Assembly (NCBI GenBank): GCA_951406725.2
Contig: OX597819.1
Location: 80,786,001-80,850,000 of the forward strand
Direction: 5' to 3'
DNA length: 64,000 bases
DNA from: Octopus vulgaris
Taxonomy: Eukaryota
The position numbers were made by a program, and so were the translations under genes. The notes beneath the pieces were generated by a model. The model had not been told where the DNA came from. It did no database searches and was given only the letters and a program-made list of their open reading frames with translations. How positions within the stretch are numbered: position 1 is the stretch's first letter; every line of letters starts with the position of its first letter. This document shows positions 49,229 through 61,532 of this stretch, piece after piece.

Positions 49229-52009
49229 TGTAGTGATATTATAACGGTGCGCGCTCGCGCACCGACCATTTGTATTTCGCGCGTGTTAGTGCCTTCACCA
49301 AGGCACAGAAAGGAAGGGCCCTCTCGCGCATGCGCGAACCACCGGTAGCACGACCCTATTGCCTACGTAGCAGTTAGCGAGGCAAGGGGGTCGTAGAACG
49401 TTTGACCGCTAGCGTCCAGCAAGCGGTGACTTGGGAACCCAGCGATTGACGGCGACGGTCACGCATATATTCTCTCCGTCAGGATTAGATTCTAGCAGTC
49501 CTTTGGCCGAAGACTTTTAACCAAAATTGTTGCAGACCAACATCGTCTCCCCTGTTAGACCCATCTTGGACCCTTTCTGTTTTCATCGGCTGGACATTGT
49601 AAATATTACAATCTATGAACTTTCAGCCTTGCGCGCCCAGAATCAAGGACATCAGATAACACACTTATTGTTATTGTTTACCAAGAAAGAGAATAAAGTA
49701 GTTATATGTATATTTCACGTCTGCGTCTTGTTGTTTCCGACTTGTAGAATTCTGGATTATTAAAGCAACGGCTAGTGAGTGATGGCTTTGTGCACCCCAA
49801 AAGTGCACGAGGATATTCACACTCACCCACATCAAGCTCGTTTCACTGGTGACCTCCCGACGTGATTCTGGTCTAAAACCAGAGATCACTTATCAACAAA
49901 AAAATCCAGTTTTTCTGCGAAGTCGGAACACGATTTAACTCTACGCATTCATCTTACGACGATTTGTTTCCGGCCACCACAAACAGTTGTAGAAGGAGCC
50001 TCTTTTCTTATTCTACAGCCATGATGACGAACGCCATCAATTCATCGATGCTTTTTCTCTGCCTTCGTCATCACCATCGTCGTCTGTCTACTTCACGTCG
50101 TCGCTATCTTCGTCGCAATCATCACTAAGAACGATGTTGTCCCAAGTCCACTACAGTCGCCTTCCACCACCAACGTCGCCTTTCAACACCGTCGACCTCC
50201 ACCAAGATGTACATAGCAACTCGTGGAAGTTTGGACCACTTGCCGTTTGTGCGTTAGCACACCAAGAATTCACAGCCCAGCAATATCTACGAGATTTCTT
50301 CTGTTCCAGTTAACCTGTCACAGCATCGAAGCCACAACCGTTACACGATATGTGTTCAACCGGCATCTGCATTTTGTGATTTCAACATTTCTGTTACAGA
50401 ACGAACTGCTATTGTACATCAGGCTATTACAGACTGGTAAATTAATTCTTGTCTGGAATAGCCCGAGAGACATTTTTTTCTATGCGCTGTATTTTTTATA
50501 TTTTGCTCGCATTCACCTTGTATGTATTTCTGTCGCACACACGTACACACACATAAATGCTCTCTCTCACATACATACGTCACACATGCTTTTCTCGCTT
50601 GTTTGTTCCATGCTAAATTTGCCTTTTGTGGACACCCCTCATTTCTATAGACCCTAGCGGTCACGTATACATAGAGAGGGTTGTTTGTCCATTATGACGC
50701 GCCAGCATGTCATACTTTTGTTCCTATACGAACGAAGCATATAATCGCTTAACCACTGGCATATTCTTGCTGTTTTTTGGTCTGGCAAGCACTGTTGCAT
50801 TTCATGCGCCTATTGCTTCGCACGTGTACTTGCCTTGTTTTTGCAACACGTTTTGCGTTAGCCTAATTCTTTTCCCGACTCATAGACGTCGGATGTTCAA
50901 ATGCGCTGCGCCGATTTATAGGCGTAATTATTTTTCCCTGTTAGACCACTGTTGGTCACGTAATTAACAGAAAACTATCTGTGTCGCGCATCACACCAGC
51001 ATGTTTGCACCTTTGCCTTTTGTGTTACTAGCGAGCTTCTGCCAATTCCATTTCCTCTCCTGCAGCAATTGATTTAACTGCTATTTTGCAGGATCAACCA
51101 CCTTTAGAGAAGTTGGATTTTAATTTCGTTTAGGTTCATTAACAGTGAGTTCTGCCTTTTCTTTCGCTCCCTTCAGCGGAAGGCTCTATACTTTGTGACG
51201 TATACACTTTCATGCATGCACTCTTGATTTTTGCTCATTGAGTATTTTTTCTCTTTTTCCTTTAGTAAATTTCTTGTGTATGTTATAAATTTTGCCATTA
51301 TATTATTGTGTGCTATTTGGTTATCTGGTGTCCACCTTGAGTTTTGCAGTCACTACAATGTTTCCTTTCGTGCGTACGCACTGGAGGGGAGCCTGTAGTG
51401 ATATTATAACGGTGCGCGCTCGCGCACCGACCATTTGTATTTCGCGCGTGTTAGTGCCTTCACCAAGGCACAGAAAGGAAGGGCCCTCTCGCGCATGCGC
51501 GAACCACCGGTAGCACGACCCTATTGCCTACGTAGCAGTTAGCGAGGCAAGGGGGTCGTAGAACGTTTGACCGCTAGCGTCCAGCAAGCGGTGACTTGGG
51601 AACCCAGCGATTGACGGCGACGGTCACGCATATATTCTCTCCGTCAGGATTAGATTCTAGCAGTCCTTTGGCCGAAGACTTTTAACCAAAATTGTTGCAG
51701 ACCAACATCGTCTCCATTGTTGGACGCCATCTTGAATCCTTTCTGTTTTTGGGCTGGAGATTGTAAATATTACAATCTATTAACTTTCAGCCTTGCGCGC
51801 CAGAATCAAGGACATCAGATAACACACGTATTGTTATTGTTTACCAAGAAAGAGAATAAAGTAGTTATATGTATATTTCACGTCTGCGTCTTGTTGTTTC
51901 TGACTTGTAGAGAATCTGGATTGTTAAAGCAACGGCTAGTGAGAGTGATTGCTTTGTGCACCCCAAAAGTCTACGAAGATATTCACACACTCACACTAAG
52001 CTCGTTACA
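49229..52009 (+). mobile_element. complete non-autonomous LTR retrotransposon (probably Gypsy-dependent)
   Basis: LTRs 49229-49845 and 51394-52009 (TG...CA); 4-bp TSD TGTT; PBS after 5' LTR; PPT GGAGGGGAGCC at 51383-51393; no gag/pol motifs internally; interrupts an old SINE. Confidence 0.93.
49847..49866 (+). promoter_or_regulatory. tRNA-Trp primer binding site
   Basis: TGGTGACCTCCCGACGTGAT vs canonical tRNA-Trp PBS TGGTGACCCCGACGTGAT (2-nt insertion). Confidence 0.85.
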
Positions 52010-52466
52010 TGTTAGATAATATTGCTGAACTCGAAACCAATGGTTGAAAAGTTCACTTTTCGACCATGCAGTTATGCCTGACCTTATAACGATAATAATA
52101 ATAACAATAATAAGAAGGGAAATTGCCTCTGTTTTAGGCACAAGGCCAGTAATTTTGAAGAGTGGGGTTTGTTTGTACTATGGACACCAGTACTAACTAG
52201 AGTGGGTCTTATTTTAATTGAAACCAACTGTAGCATCGTGTTTGACCTATTTTGCATTTAATCGATAGTAATGAAAATAACATTAGGCACAAGGCCAACA
52301 ATTTTTAAGGGAGGGTTTTAGTCAACAACTCGCACCCCCAGTACTTGGTGATAGTTTATATTATCAACCTGAAAGGATAAAAGGCAAAAGTGTCCGTCGC
52401 AGGATTTGCCCTCAGAACGTAATGAATCAGAATAATATAGAACATGATAAAAATTGTAAAATCCCA

Positions 52467-52514
52467 ATCATCTACATGTATTTCGATCCCATCTCGATCT
52501 CATCAGTGTGTGAT
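52467..52514 (-). ncRNA. hammerhead motif with intact core and damaged stem I
   Basis: AUCACACA-CUGAUGA-GAUC(gagaugg)GAUC-GAAA-UACAUGUA-GAUGAU. Confidence 0.55.
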
Positions 52515-52891
52515 ACCGAATTGAAATAATGTATTATAGAATAGATCTTCCGCCAACTCTGTATGTTACGATGAATGAACTTTAGGTTAGCTAAAATATG
52601 TTTGCGACATATTTGAACTTCTAAAGGCAAATTCACTACAGTTACTGTAAAGAAAAATCTGTCTTATGGTAAAAGGTGTAAAAGCACGATATGATGAATA
52701 TAAATATTAAATACACTGTATATCCACAGACAACGAAAGAAACAGTCGTACGTACAGCACATTCCAATTATATTTGGAGTTTTCTCAGCAACTGTACATT
52801 CCCCGTAACTATCCACGAACACCCTTCTTATAAACCCATTCATAATTAGTGGCTAAAGTAAACTGAGTAGGCCAATTATCATACTTTTAGT

Positions 52892-53138
52892 GTGGAGGCG
52901 CGTAGCTTAGTGGTTAGGGTGTTGAACTCATGATCGTAAGGTTGTGGTTTCGATTCCTGGACCGGGCGATGCGTTGTGTTCTTGAGCAAAACACTTAATT
53001 TTCACGTTGCTCCAGTCCACTCAGCTGGCAAAAATGAGTATTTCTGCGACGGACCGGTGTCCCGTCCAGGTGGGGAATTTCAAAGCCACTGAAACCGGGA
53101 AACCGGCCTTTATGAGCCTGACATGGCTCGAGAAGGAG
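52892..53138 (+). mobile_element. tRNA-derived SINE family C
   Basis: A-box tagcttagtgg, B-box-like ggtttcgattcc; 12-bp TSD CATACTTTTAGT. Confidence 0.88.
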
Positions 53139-53371
53139 CATACTTTTAGTAATCAAACTAGCTGCAAAGAATGCGTTAAATTTGTAAGTGGATCTATCCA
53201 GTATTGTTTGGCCACCAAATATCATTGGTTTTATAATAGATTTTTGGAACACTTGAGTGTTCATACCGTTTTCTGATAGTTTACTTCGAATTTCAGTATT
53301 AAGAGAACAACGAAGTCATGCTAGATCTTTTACACTGACTTCTCAAAAGTTTCATGGTACTAGAAGAATGT

Positions 53372-53595
53372 AAGGCGGTGAGCTGGCAGAAACGTTAGCA
53401 CGCAGGGCGAAATGCTTAGCGGTATTTCGTCTGCCGCTACGTTCTGAGTTCAAATTCCGCCGAGGTCGACTCTGCCTTTCATCCTTTCGGGGTCGATTAA
53501 ATAAGTACCAGTTACGCACTGGGGTCGATATAATCGACTTAATCCGTCTGTCTGTCCTCTCTGTGTTTAGCCCCTTGTGGGTAGTAAAGAAATAA
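53372..53595 (+). mobile_element. tRNA-derived SINE family B, intact copy
   Basis: B-box gagttcaaattcc; 15-bp TSD GTACTAGAAGA(A/G)TGT. Confidence 0.88.
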
Positions 53596-54071
53596 GTACT
53601 AGAAGAGTGTCCAGAGTGTTAGCAATAGAGGCAGTCTTTTAGAATTTATCAGGTGTCGTGTATTGAACTATTAATGAATAACAAATGCTGTACATTTGTT
53701 TAAATAATCAAAACCGTCAGTCACATGGCATGTATGAGTTTTATGTGAACTTGTCCGTTTTTTTTTTCACTACATATTGCAATTAAAATGAACGGGGACA
53801 CAGTTGATTCCATCCTCTCATTAGTAATTTATTGTGAATACTATTTATTACATTTAATTACTATTAAATAGTTGTTTTGTGTTGTTAAAACACCTTGTTT
53901 TGCTGTCTTGCGGCAGTATTGTTAACGTTTTCCCTTTTGTGTGAAGGGGGAAACGCCGTAATTTTTGTCTCAACCTGGAATTTGAAAAGTTAAGTTTTTC
54001 AAACTCGACAACGTCTGAAGAGGAGTTAAGAACGATAAATTCTATTGACAAGAAAATGGAATGTAAGGACT

Positions 54072-54715
54072 GGATCTTTACCTTTTGACATACAGATTTA
54101 AAAAAATATTTTTTTGTAACTAAGCACTTTCAAACTTCGGACACTGGTAGAATGTTTTACTCTTAGCATTTTTGAGAAAAACTTATATTTACGAAGTAAT
54201 TTCACGTTAAAGTAGGCCTATTTCGGTAATTTCAACCAATCAATGACGTGTATTCAGCTGAATAAAATTACTTCCGTTGTTTGTCAACAACAAATATCGG
54301 CAGTGTATTTTTCGTTTGTCACTGTTATTTATGACATTGTTTGTGCGTTTATACTGGTTTTAGCTTTAAGGTTTTAGGGTTAGGGTTTCAGGGTTAGGGT
54401 TTTAGGGTTAGAGCTTTAGGGTTAGGGTTAAGGTGTTAGGGTTAGGGTTGTCATAAATAACAGTGACAAACGAAAAATACACCACCGGAAGTTCTTGTTG
54501 ACAAACAACGGCAGTAATTTTATTCAGCTGGATACACGTCACTGATTGGTTGAAATTACCGAAATATGCCTTTAACGTGAAATTACTTCGTAAATATAAG
54601 TTTTTCTCAAAAATGATAAGAATAAAACATGTTTTATATGACACATTCTACCAGTGTCCGAAGTTTGAAAGTGTTTAGTTACAAAAAATTATTTTTTGAA
54701 TCTGTAGGTCAAAAG
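54072..54715. mobile_element. long-TIR MITE with central TTAGGG repeats
   Basis: About 260-bp inverted arms starting GGATCTTTACCTTTTGAC; degenerate (TTAGGG)n at about 54360-54450; right terminus lacks its last ~10 bp. Confidence 0.85.
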
Positions 54716-55480
54716 AGGAAATAGAACCGCTGAGTGTGTTAGATATTAAGGCAGTATGATATATACAATATAACTTTCATATTTTATGCTTTAGATTTAA
54801 AGCATTTTAGTAACGATTCAAAATTTTTAACCATCATATATTCTGGTACCGTCCACAGTGGAAATGAAATCATGCGAGAGTTATTTCATTCTAAAAAATA
54901 CATACAAATGAACATTAATAACATGGCAAATTCAAAAATGTCCAGCAACGGATAAGAAATTTGAATTCATTATTGCCAATGACAAATCTTATTAGTGTAT
55001 CATATAAAAAAAAAATCTTAACAATAACTATGGTAGTTGCAGAATGTCTCGTCGGTTGGCTAGAGTACATGAAATCATACCTTCGGTCCGAAAAAGGCGA
55101 CGTTAGAATGTTATATTGTCTGCACGACATTGAAAGATAATCGGCTAATGTGGTGAATCTAAGTGGTAGATAACTTAGCGGGAATAATGCAAGATGAAAA
55201 CGGTAGTTCCGTATTGCATCTTTGTAAACTGTAAAATAATTACATAGCACACTTTTAAATATAATAAACATTCTGGAATAAAAAAATTGAATAAATTTAA
55301 AATTATATATTGCTTGTCTGGGGACTTTTTGTGCTAGCTCACCCAACTTTAGAACCTAGGTACACTTGTGCTTCCAGCCTCGGTGAGCATCTTCCACAAA
55401 CGAGAAACGTTTGGTGGTGCTATTAAGTTAGACATGGCCTGGGCCAATACTGGCCAAAACCTTTCTAAGTTATTCTAAGT

Positions 55481-55517
<37 letters not shown>

Positions 55518-55527
55518 ATTTATATAT

Positions 55528-56087
55528 AAACTTAGATAAACTTAGATGTGTTTCGACCAATGATTGGTCCAGGCCATGTCTAACTTAATAGCACCACCTG
55601 ATAGGATTATTTGAATCCTGTTTAAGTCAAGTTTTGCTTATGGTCCATTCAAGTAGTGAGTTTTGTTGGGTGAGTTGTATCCAATTATGGGTGGCTTATC
55701 TGGTATTCTTTGAAGGAATCTATCCAGACTCCGTTTAAAGTTGATGGGATCCTGTTCCTCTTTGATCTCTTTCGGGACAATGTTAAATAGGGCAGGGCCT
55801 GTTGAGGAAAAGAAATTATGTTGTAGTGTATAAGTATGCTGTGATCTTGAATTGGGCAGGGGACGTATGGCCCGTGGTCCCAGTCTTGGATGAACCTTGA
55901 AGCTTATGTTCAGGTCGTTTGGGCAAAGTTGGCGGTATATTCTCCACATCGTACAAATGATGTACCGCTCACGGCGACGCTGGAGAGAGTAGAGTTTCAA
56001 GGCTTTAAGGCGATCCCAATATTCGAGAGCAGCCATGCCTCCAATTCGTTTAGTGAGTGCTCTCTGGGGTGATTCAATCCTCGAGAT

Positions 56088-56090
<3 letters not shown>
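55528..56090 (-). mobile_element. CR1-like LINE 3' end between (TA)n tracts
   Basis: RIESPQRALTKRIGGMAALEYWDRLKALKLYSLQRRRERY; tail ...gtcgaaacacatctaagtttatctaagttt. Confidence 0.85.
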
Positions 56091-56174
<84 letters not shown>

Positions 56175-56611
56175 CCTGTATCAATGTAAATGATAGTTCA
56201 CTGTAAAACAAGACACCGATAAGAGAAGAGTGTAGATTGTTCAGTAAGTCGATAAATCTTAATGAAAGGATATAAAAGCGATTGAATTAAGGGATAACGA
56301 AAATTGAGATAGAATTGTGGTCACTGTTTAAAAAAATTATAACAATGCTGATACTTTAAGAAGTTTAAGATTACGTATTAACACTTTTGGAGAGTTTTGA
56401 AATTTAATACACCCCAGTTTCTGTTTTACCAAAGTAATTTTATATACCTTTGTTTTGTTTTATATATTTTTGCATATTAGGAGTAGTTTACAAAAATCAA
56501 GTTGCCAAAGATTCAATTTAAAGCGTAACTACATACATGGAAATGGGAGCGTGCCTACATTTGTATGTTTGTGTTAAAGGAAGGTATATACTAGTGGTTT
56601 TCAACAAGGGT

Positions 56612-56687
56612 CCATATGGCTCTTAGGGATCCATATGGCCCTTGGGGATTCATATGACCCTTGGGAATTCATATGGCCCTTGGGGGT
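56612..56687. repeat. 19-bp tandem repeat x4 near the end of a probable hAT MITE
   Basis: ccatatggcccttggggat units after agtggttttcaac. Confidence 0.75.
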
Positions 56688-56827
56688 TCTCATAAAATTT
56701 TATTGTTAAATTTTGTGCGCAATAAATTGCTTTATGCTTCTACAATGCACAAAGTATTTAATTTTTTTTTTTATATAATTCCTAATAATATTTAATTATG
56801 AAAATACAGTAAGATGTTTCTTTTTGT

Positions 56828-57214
56828 TTTTGGAAGCACTCCGTCGGTTACGACAACGAGGGTTCCGGTTGATCCGATCAACGGAACAGCCTGCTCGTGA
56901 AATTAACGTGTAAGTGGCTGAGCACTCCACAGACACGTGTACCCTTAACGTAGTTCTCGGGGATATTCAGCGGGACACAGAGAGTGACAAGGCCGGCCCT
57001 TTGAAATACAGGTACAACAGAAACAGGAAGTAAGAGTGAGAGAAAGTTGTGGTGAAAGAGTACAGCAGGGATCACCACCATCCCCTGCCGGAGCCTCGTG
57101 GAGCTTTAGGTGTTTTCACTCAATAAACACTCACAACGCCCGGTCTGGGAATCGAAACCGCGATCCTATGACCGCGAGTCCGCTGCCCTAACCACTGGGC
57201 CATTGCGCCTCCGC
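56828..57214 (-). mobile_element. young tRNA-derived SINE family D
   Basis: Head ggaggcgcaatggcccagtggttagggc...ggtttcgattccc; 12-bp TSD GTTTCTTTTTGT; a related head lies at about 16610-16728. Confidence 0.88.
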
Positions 57215-57915
57215 GTTTCTTTTTGTATACACCAAATGACTATGGAGGTCCAGTGGAGTAAAATAGGAATCAAAGGAGTAAAGAGGTGGGGTTTAATTAT
57301 TAGGCATCCTGGTTAATGATCTGTTTTATTTTTGATACCATAATTATTTTACTAAGTTTATTTAAATGTTCTATGCATTAATGTTAAAATGAAATTAACT
57401 ATTGTTTTTCATACAGATAAAGTCTTTGAGTATTTCCCTTTATTCGTCAATTCATTCTCTCTTATTATATACAACATATACGTTTAGTTAATAATTCATT
57501 ACTACTGTGGTAAGTACCGCGAAGTCTATGACTAGATAACGAGGTCAGATAATAAAGAAATATGTCTGAGATTGTTCCCCCTACTTGCAAAAAAAAAAAA
57601 AGAAACAATGAAAATATATTTATTATTGACTAATATTAAGATTTGAAGATTTTTCATCACGGTATTATACTTTTCTTGTTAGCTTTTATATGTTCTCTAT
57701 ATTAAATATAGTATCATTAATTTAACTATCGTCGTATTCACTGTACAAGTGATTCTGGCTAGTTTTTCTTTGTGTGCGTGTTCCGCATTAAATATGTTGA
57801 CACTATTTCACTTTATTTATTTCTTGTTGTTTCCTAATTATACGCTTCTAGATTATCATTTGCATCTTGTCTGTAACTTATTTCGTGGAAAGTGACTCAT
57901 ACACTTATGATCGAG

Positions 57916-57972
<57 letters not shown>

Positions 57973-58506
57973 TATATATTAACGATTATTGAAGAAAACC
58001 AGACCTCAAAAAAGAAGAAAATGCCCATTAAATGTATAAAAATTCACATACTATTATGTCAAACAAGAAACGAGAAAATATGAAATTTTCGTTTGAAGTA
58101 AAACAAAAGTATTACTTGACAAAGTACCTTTTGTTTGTATGAAATACAATTAAATCGTATTACGTAAAACGCGTGAACGATTCTTTCTGTTATAGGCACA
58201 AAGCCTGAACATTTGAGCAAGTTGATTACATTGACTCTAGTGCTTAAATGTATGAAAGGCAAAGTCGCTAACGATTCTGTCACACGCCACCTTTGAGGAG
58301 AGGGATAGTCGATTACATCGACCCTAGTGCTCTACTGGCATTTATTTCATCGACCCAGAACGATGAAAGGCAAAGTCAATTTCAGAAGAATTTGAACCCA
58401 CAACGAAAAGCTGGAATGCCGCGAAGCACTTTTGTCCGAAGCGCTAAAGATGCTGTCACCTCACCACCGTATAATAGTTTCAAATGTCGGCAAAAGGCCA
58501 GCAATT

Positions 58507-58928
58507 GGATCTTTTCGGTTTGAACGGCAGTTTTTTTCTAGCGGTGTCATATGAAATTGTCACCCATAATTATGACCCTAGTATCGATCTATTACATTTC
58601 AATCTCTTTTAGGGTTAGGGTTAGGGTTAGGGGTGGGGGAAGGGCATCTTTTTTCTTTACAAATGTAAATAAACCCAATCTGTTTCTTAAACGAGGGACA
58701 TATTCATACGGCATAGAATGTTGTTTACCTCAATGGACGTCAGTGATTGGTTGAAATTGCAGAAATTGAAGAAAAAAAACAACAAATATCTTACAAACCA
58801 TAGAACTTTCTCAATAAAGCCAAGAGAAAAAGATGTTTTATAAACACATTCTACTAGTATACGAAGTTTAAAAATTTTTAGTTACCTAGAAATTATGTTA
58901 AAAACTGCCGTTCAAACCGAAAAGATCC
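58507..58928. mobile_element. MITE with 8-bp TSD and (TTAGGG)n, Merlin-like
   Basis: TIR GGATCTTTTCGGTTTGAACGGCAGTTTT...AAAACTGCCGTTCAAACCGAAAAGATCC; TSD CAGCAATT; inserted in a SINE B copy. Superfamily assignment tentative. Confidence 0.88.
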
Positions 58929-59165
58929 CAGCAATTTTAGGGAAAGGGAGTTTGTCGATTACATTATGGCTAATTGGTACTTATTTTGTCGACCCCCTAA
59001 AGGATGAAAGTGAAGCTGAATTCGGTGGTATTTGACTCAGAACGTAAAGCCGGACGAAATGTCACTGAACGTCTTGTCTGGTGTGCTACCGATTCCGTCA
59101 GCTCACCATAATTTCTGCCATAGTTAAATTTATAATCTGCATTGCCTAAAACAAAAAACAAAAAG

Positions 59166-59609
59166 GGTACTTTTTGGTTAACTCACCCCCATTAAAAAAT
59201 TGTCATTAAAAAACTGGGTTAGCTCCCCACTAAAAAATTGAGTTTATGTGGCAACAAGAGATTGGATTAAAAAAGTTAGATCCTTTTAATTCAATACTTC
59301 AACATATTGTTGACGTTTGGCCTCCTCAATTGGTATGGTCTGATTTGTTACTAAAATCTTATAAGATTCAGCTTTCATATTTATTAATCTTATCAGTTTT
59401 GTATGATTTGTTATAAAAATATCATCAGATTCAATAAGCTGTTTTATCTTTCTACTTTTCATGTTTATTAATTTTTTCAATTTTTCTTCTGTTTTATTGA
59501 GGATTAAATAATTTTTTAGTTGAGGGAGATGACCAAAAGTACCGATATTTCTCGTAAAACGGGGGAGATAGCCACATTTTTTAATGGGGGTGAGATAACT
59601 AAAAATTAC
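59166..59609. mobile_element. Merlin-like MITE (GGTAC terminus)
   Basis: GGTACTTTTTGGTTAACTCACCCCCATTAAAAAA...TTTTTTAATGGGGGTGAGATAACTAAAAATTAC, with a second internal right end ...GACCAAAAGTACC at about 59543. Confidence 0.65.
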
Positions 59610-60913
59610 AAAAAAAAATAAAGTTAAAATTTTTAGCTGAAATACTTATAAAATATAACAATTTTATTGAAAAATATTTAATCGGAGAAGTTGAAGATAA
59701 TCAGGGCTATCTGGTTTCGAATTTTAACACAAGACCAATAATTTCGGGGGAGAAGATAAGTCGAGTACATCGACTCCAATATTCAACTGGCATTTATCAA
59801 TACCCAAAGAATGAGAGGCAAAGTCGACCTCGGCGGTAATTGAATTTAGAACTTACCGACCTCGGCGGTAATTGAATGCCGCTGAGTATTTTGCTCGGTG
59901 TGCTAACAATTCTGCCATCTCGCCGCCTTCTTACTAATATAAATATTGAATTCAAATTTTGGTACAAGGCCAGCAGTTCCCTCTCCCCAAACAGTTGGCC
60001 TTGCTACATCGACCCCAGTGTTCAAAAGGTACTTATTTTTTATTGATCCGGTAAGGATAAAAGACAAAGTCAAACCTGACAGAATTTGAGCTTAGAACAC
60101 GAAGATAGAAAGGATGACACCAAACATTTTGCCCGGAATGCTAACGAATCGACCAGCTCACTACCTTTTTGTTAGTATAAACATTCAAAAACATAGTAGT
60201 GAGATTATGTACTATTTACTCCAGTTTAAGGCAACGAGCTGGCAGAATCGTTAGCACGGCGCACAAAACGTTTAGTGGCATTTCTTCCGGCTTTTCGTTC
60301 TGAGTTCAAATTCCGCCGAGGCCGGCTACCCATTTTCATCCCTTTCGAGGGCAATAAAATAAGTACCGGCTGAGCTCTAGGGTCGATGTAATCGACTAGT
60401 CACCTCCTCCAAAATTTCAAGCCTTGTGTCTATAGCAGAAAGGATTATTTGCCCCAGTTGTATTTACATGAGCAAATAATACTTAAAGGGACTATAATAT
60501 TTACATTCATAAATTGTTTGAATTCTTTTATCTTTTACTTGTATCATTCATTGAACTGTGACCATGCTGGGGCTCTGCTTTAGAGGGTATACTCGAACAA
60601 ACTGATCCCAGTACTTATGTTTTTTAAATCTGGTATTTTTTCTGACAATCTCTTTTGCTGAACTCCTAAGTTTTGAGGACGTAGACAAACCAACATCGAT
60701 TGTCAAACTGTGAGGTACAAACACGATCTTAAAGACACATATGGTACAGACATACATACGTATATACATACATACATACATACAAACATACATATATACA
60801 TACATACATACATACATACATACATACATACATACATACATACATACATACATACATACATACATACATACATACATACGTATATATATATGTGTGTGTG
60901 TGTTTGTATCTAG

Positions 60914-61040
60914 AGACTATAGAGTGCAGTACTACAGGTGCAGTGAGTGTAACCATGCATGGCTTTGATGCCTCGTTGTGCATTCAGTCAGCCATTTGTG
61001 ACTGTATGCACAACCGGAGTACAAATCCGTGTTTACTTTA
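60914..61040 (+). CDS. possible exon of an unidentified second gene
   Basis: tttgtatctag|...|gtaagt; one frame open throughout, with ACCATG at 60952-60957: MHGFDASLCIQSAICDCMHNRSTNPCLL. No homology recognised. Confidence 0.3.
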
Positions 61041-61144
61041 GTAAGTACGTATGTGTCCTTAAATACTGTTTGCACACAATAGCACTACCACTGACCTGAC
61101 CTTGGTGCTTTACTATTTAAGTACCTGCTTCTCTTGAAAACCGG

Positions 61145-61180
<36 letters not shown>

Positions 61181-61182
<2 letters not shown>

Positions 61183-61520
61183 GTCCCCTCCCCAATTCAA
61201 GATCACAGCATACATGTACACTGCAACATAATTTCTTTTCCTCAACAGGCCCTGCCCTATTTAACATTGTCCCGAAAGAGATCAAAGAGGAAAAGGATCC
61301 CATCAACTTTAAACGAAGTCTGGATAGATTCCCTCAAGGAATACCAGATAAGCCACCCATAATTGGATACAACTCACCCAACAAAAACTTACTACTTGAA
61401 TGGACCATAAACAAAACTTGATCTAAACAGCATTCAAATAATCCTATCAGGTGGTGCTATTAACTTAAACATGGCCTGGACCAATCATTGGTCGAAACAT
61501 ATCTAAGTTTATATAAGTTT
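61181..61520 (+). mobile_element. CR1-like LINE 3' end (same family as 55528-56090)
   Basis: RPLPNSRSQHTCTLQHNFFSSTGPALFNIVPKEIKE; same tail; begins at a (TA)n tract. Confidence 0.85.
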
Positions 61521-61532
61521 ATATATGTATAA

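Noticed and set aside
50223-50967. ORFs inside the LTR element as gag or env
   Set aside because: No CCHC knuckle, protease, RT or integrase motifs; short and discontinuous.
52894-52965. tRNA genes at SINE heads (also 57140-57212 and 53374-53462)
   Set aside because: They continue into SINE bodies flanked by TSDs and lack a clean cloverleaf and terminator.
54360-54450. True telomere or chromosome fusion site
   Set aside because: Short, degenerate, single orientation and enclosed by MITE inverted repeats.
54915-55346. 143-aa minus-strand ORF
   Set aside because: Non-ATG start, no recognisable motif and no convincing splice context.
56612-56687. 19-bp repeats as CRISPR or iterons
   Set aside because: Contiguous tandem units with no spacers, inside a probable MITE.
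60915-60968. Zinc-ribbon-like peptide DYRVQYYRCSECNHAWL*
   Set aside because: Only half a motif, ending in a stop before a strong donor; the alternative open frame was preferred, and both are weak.
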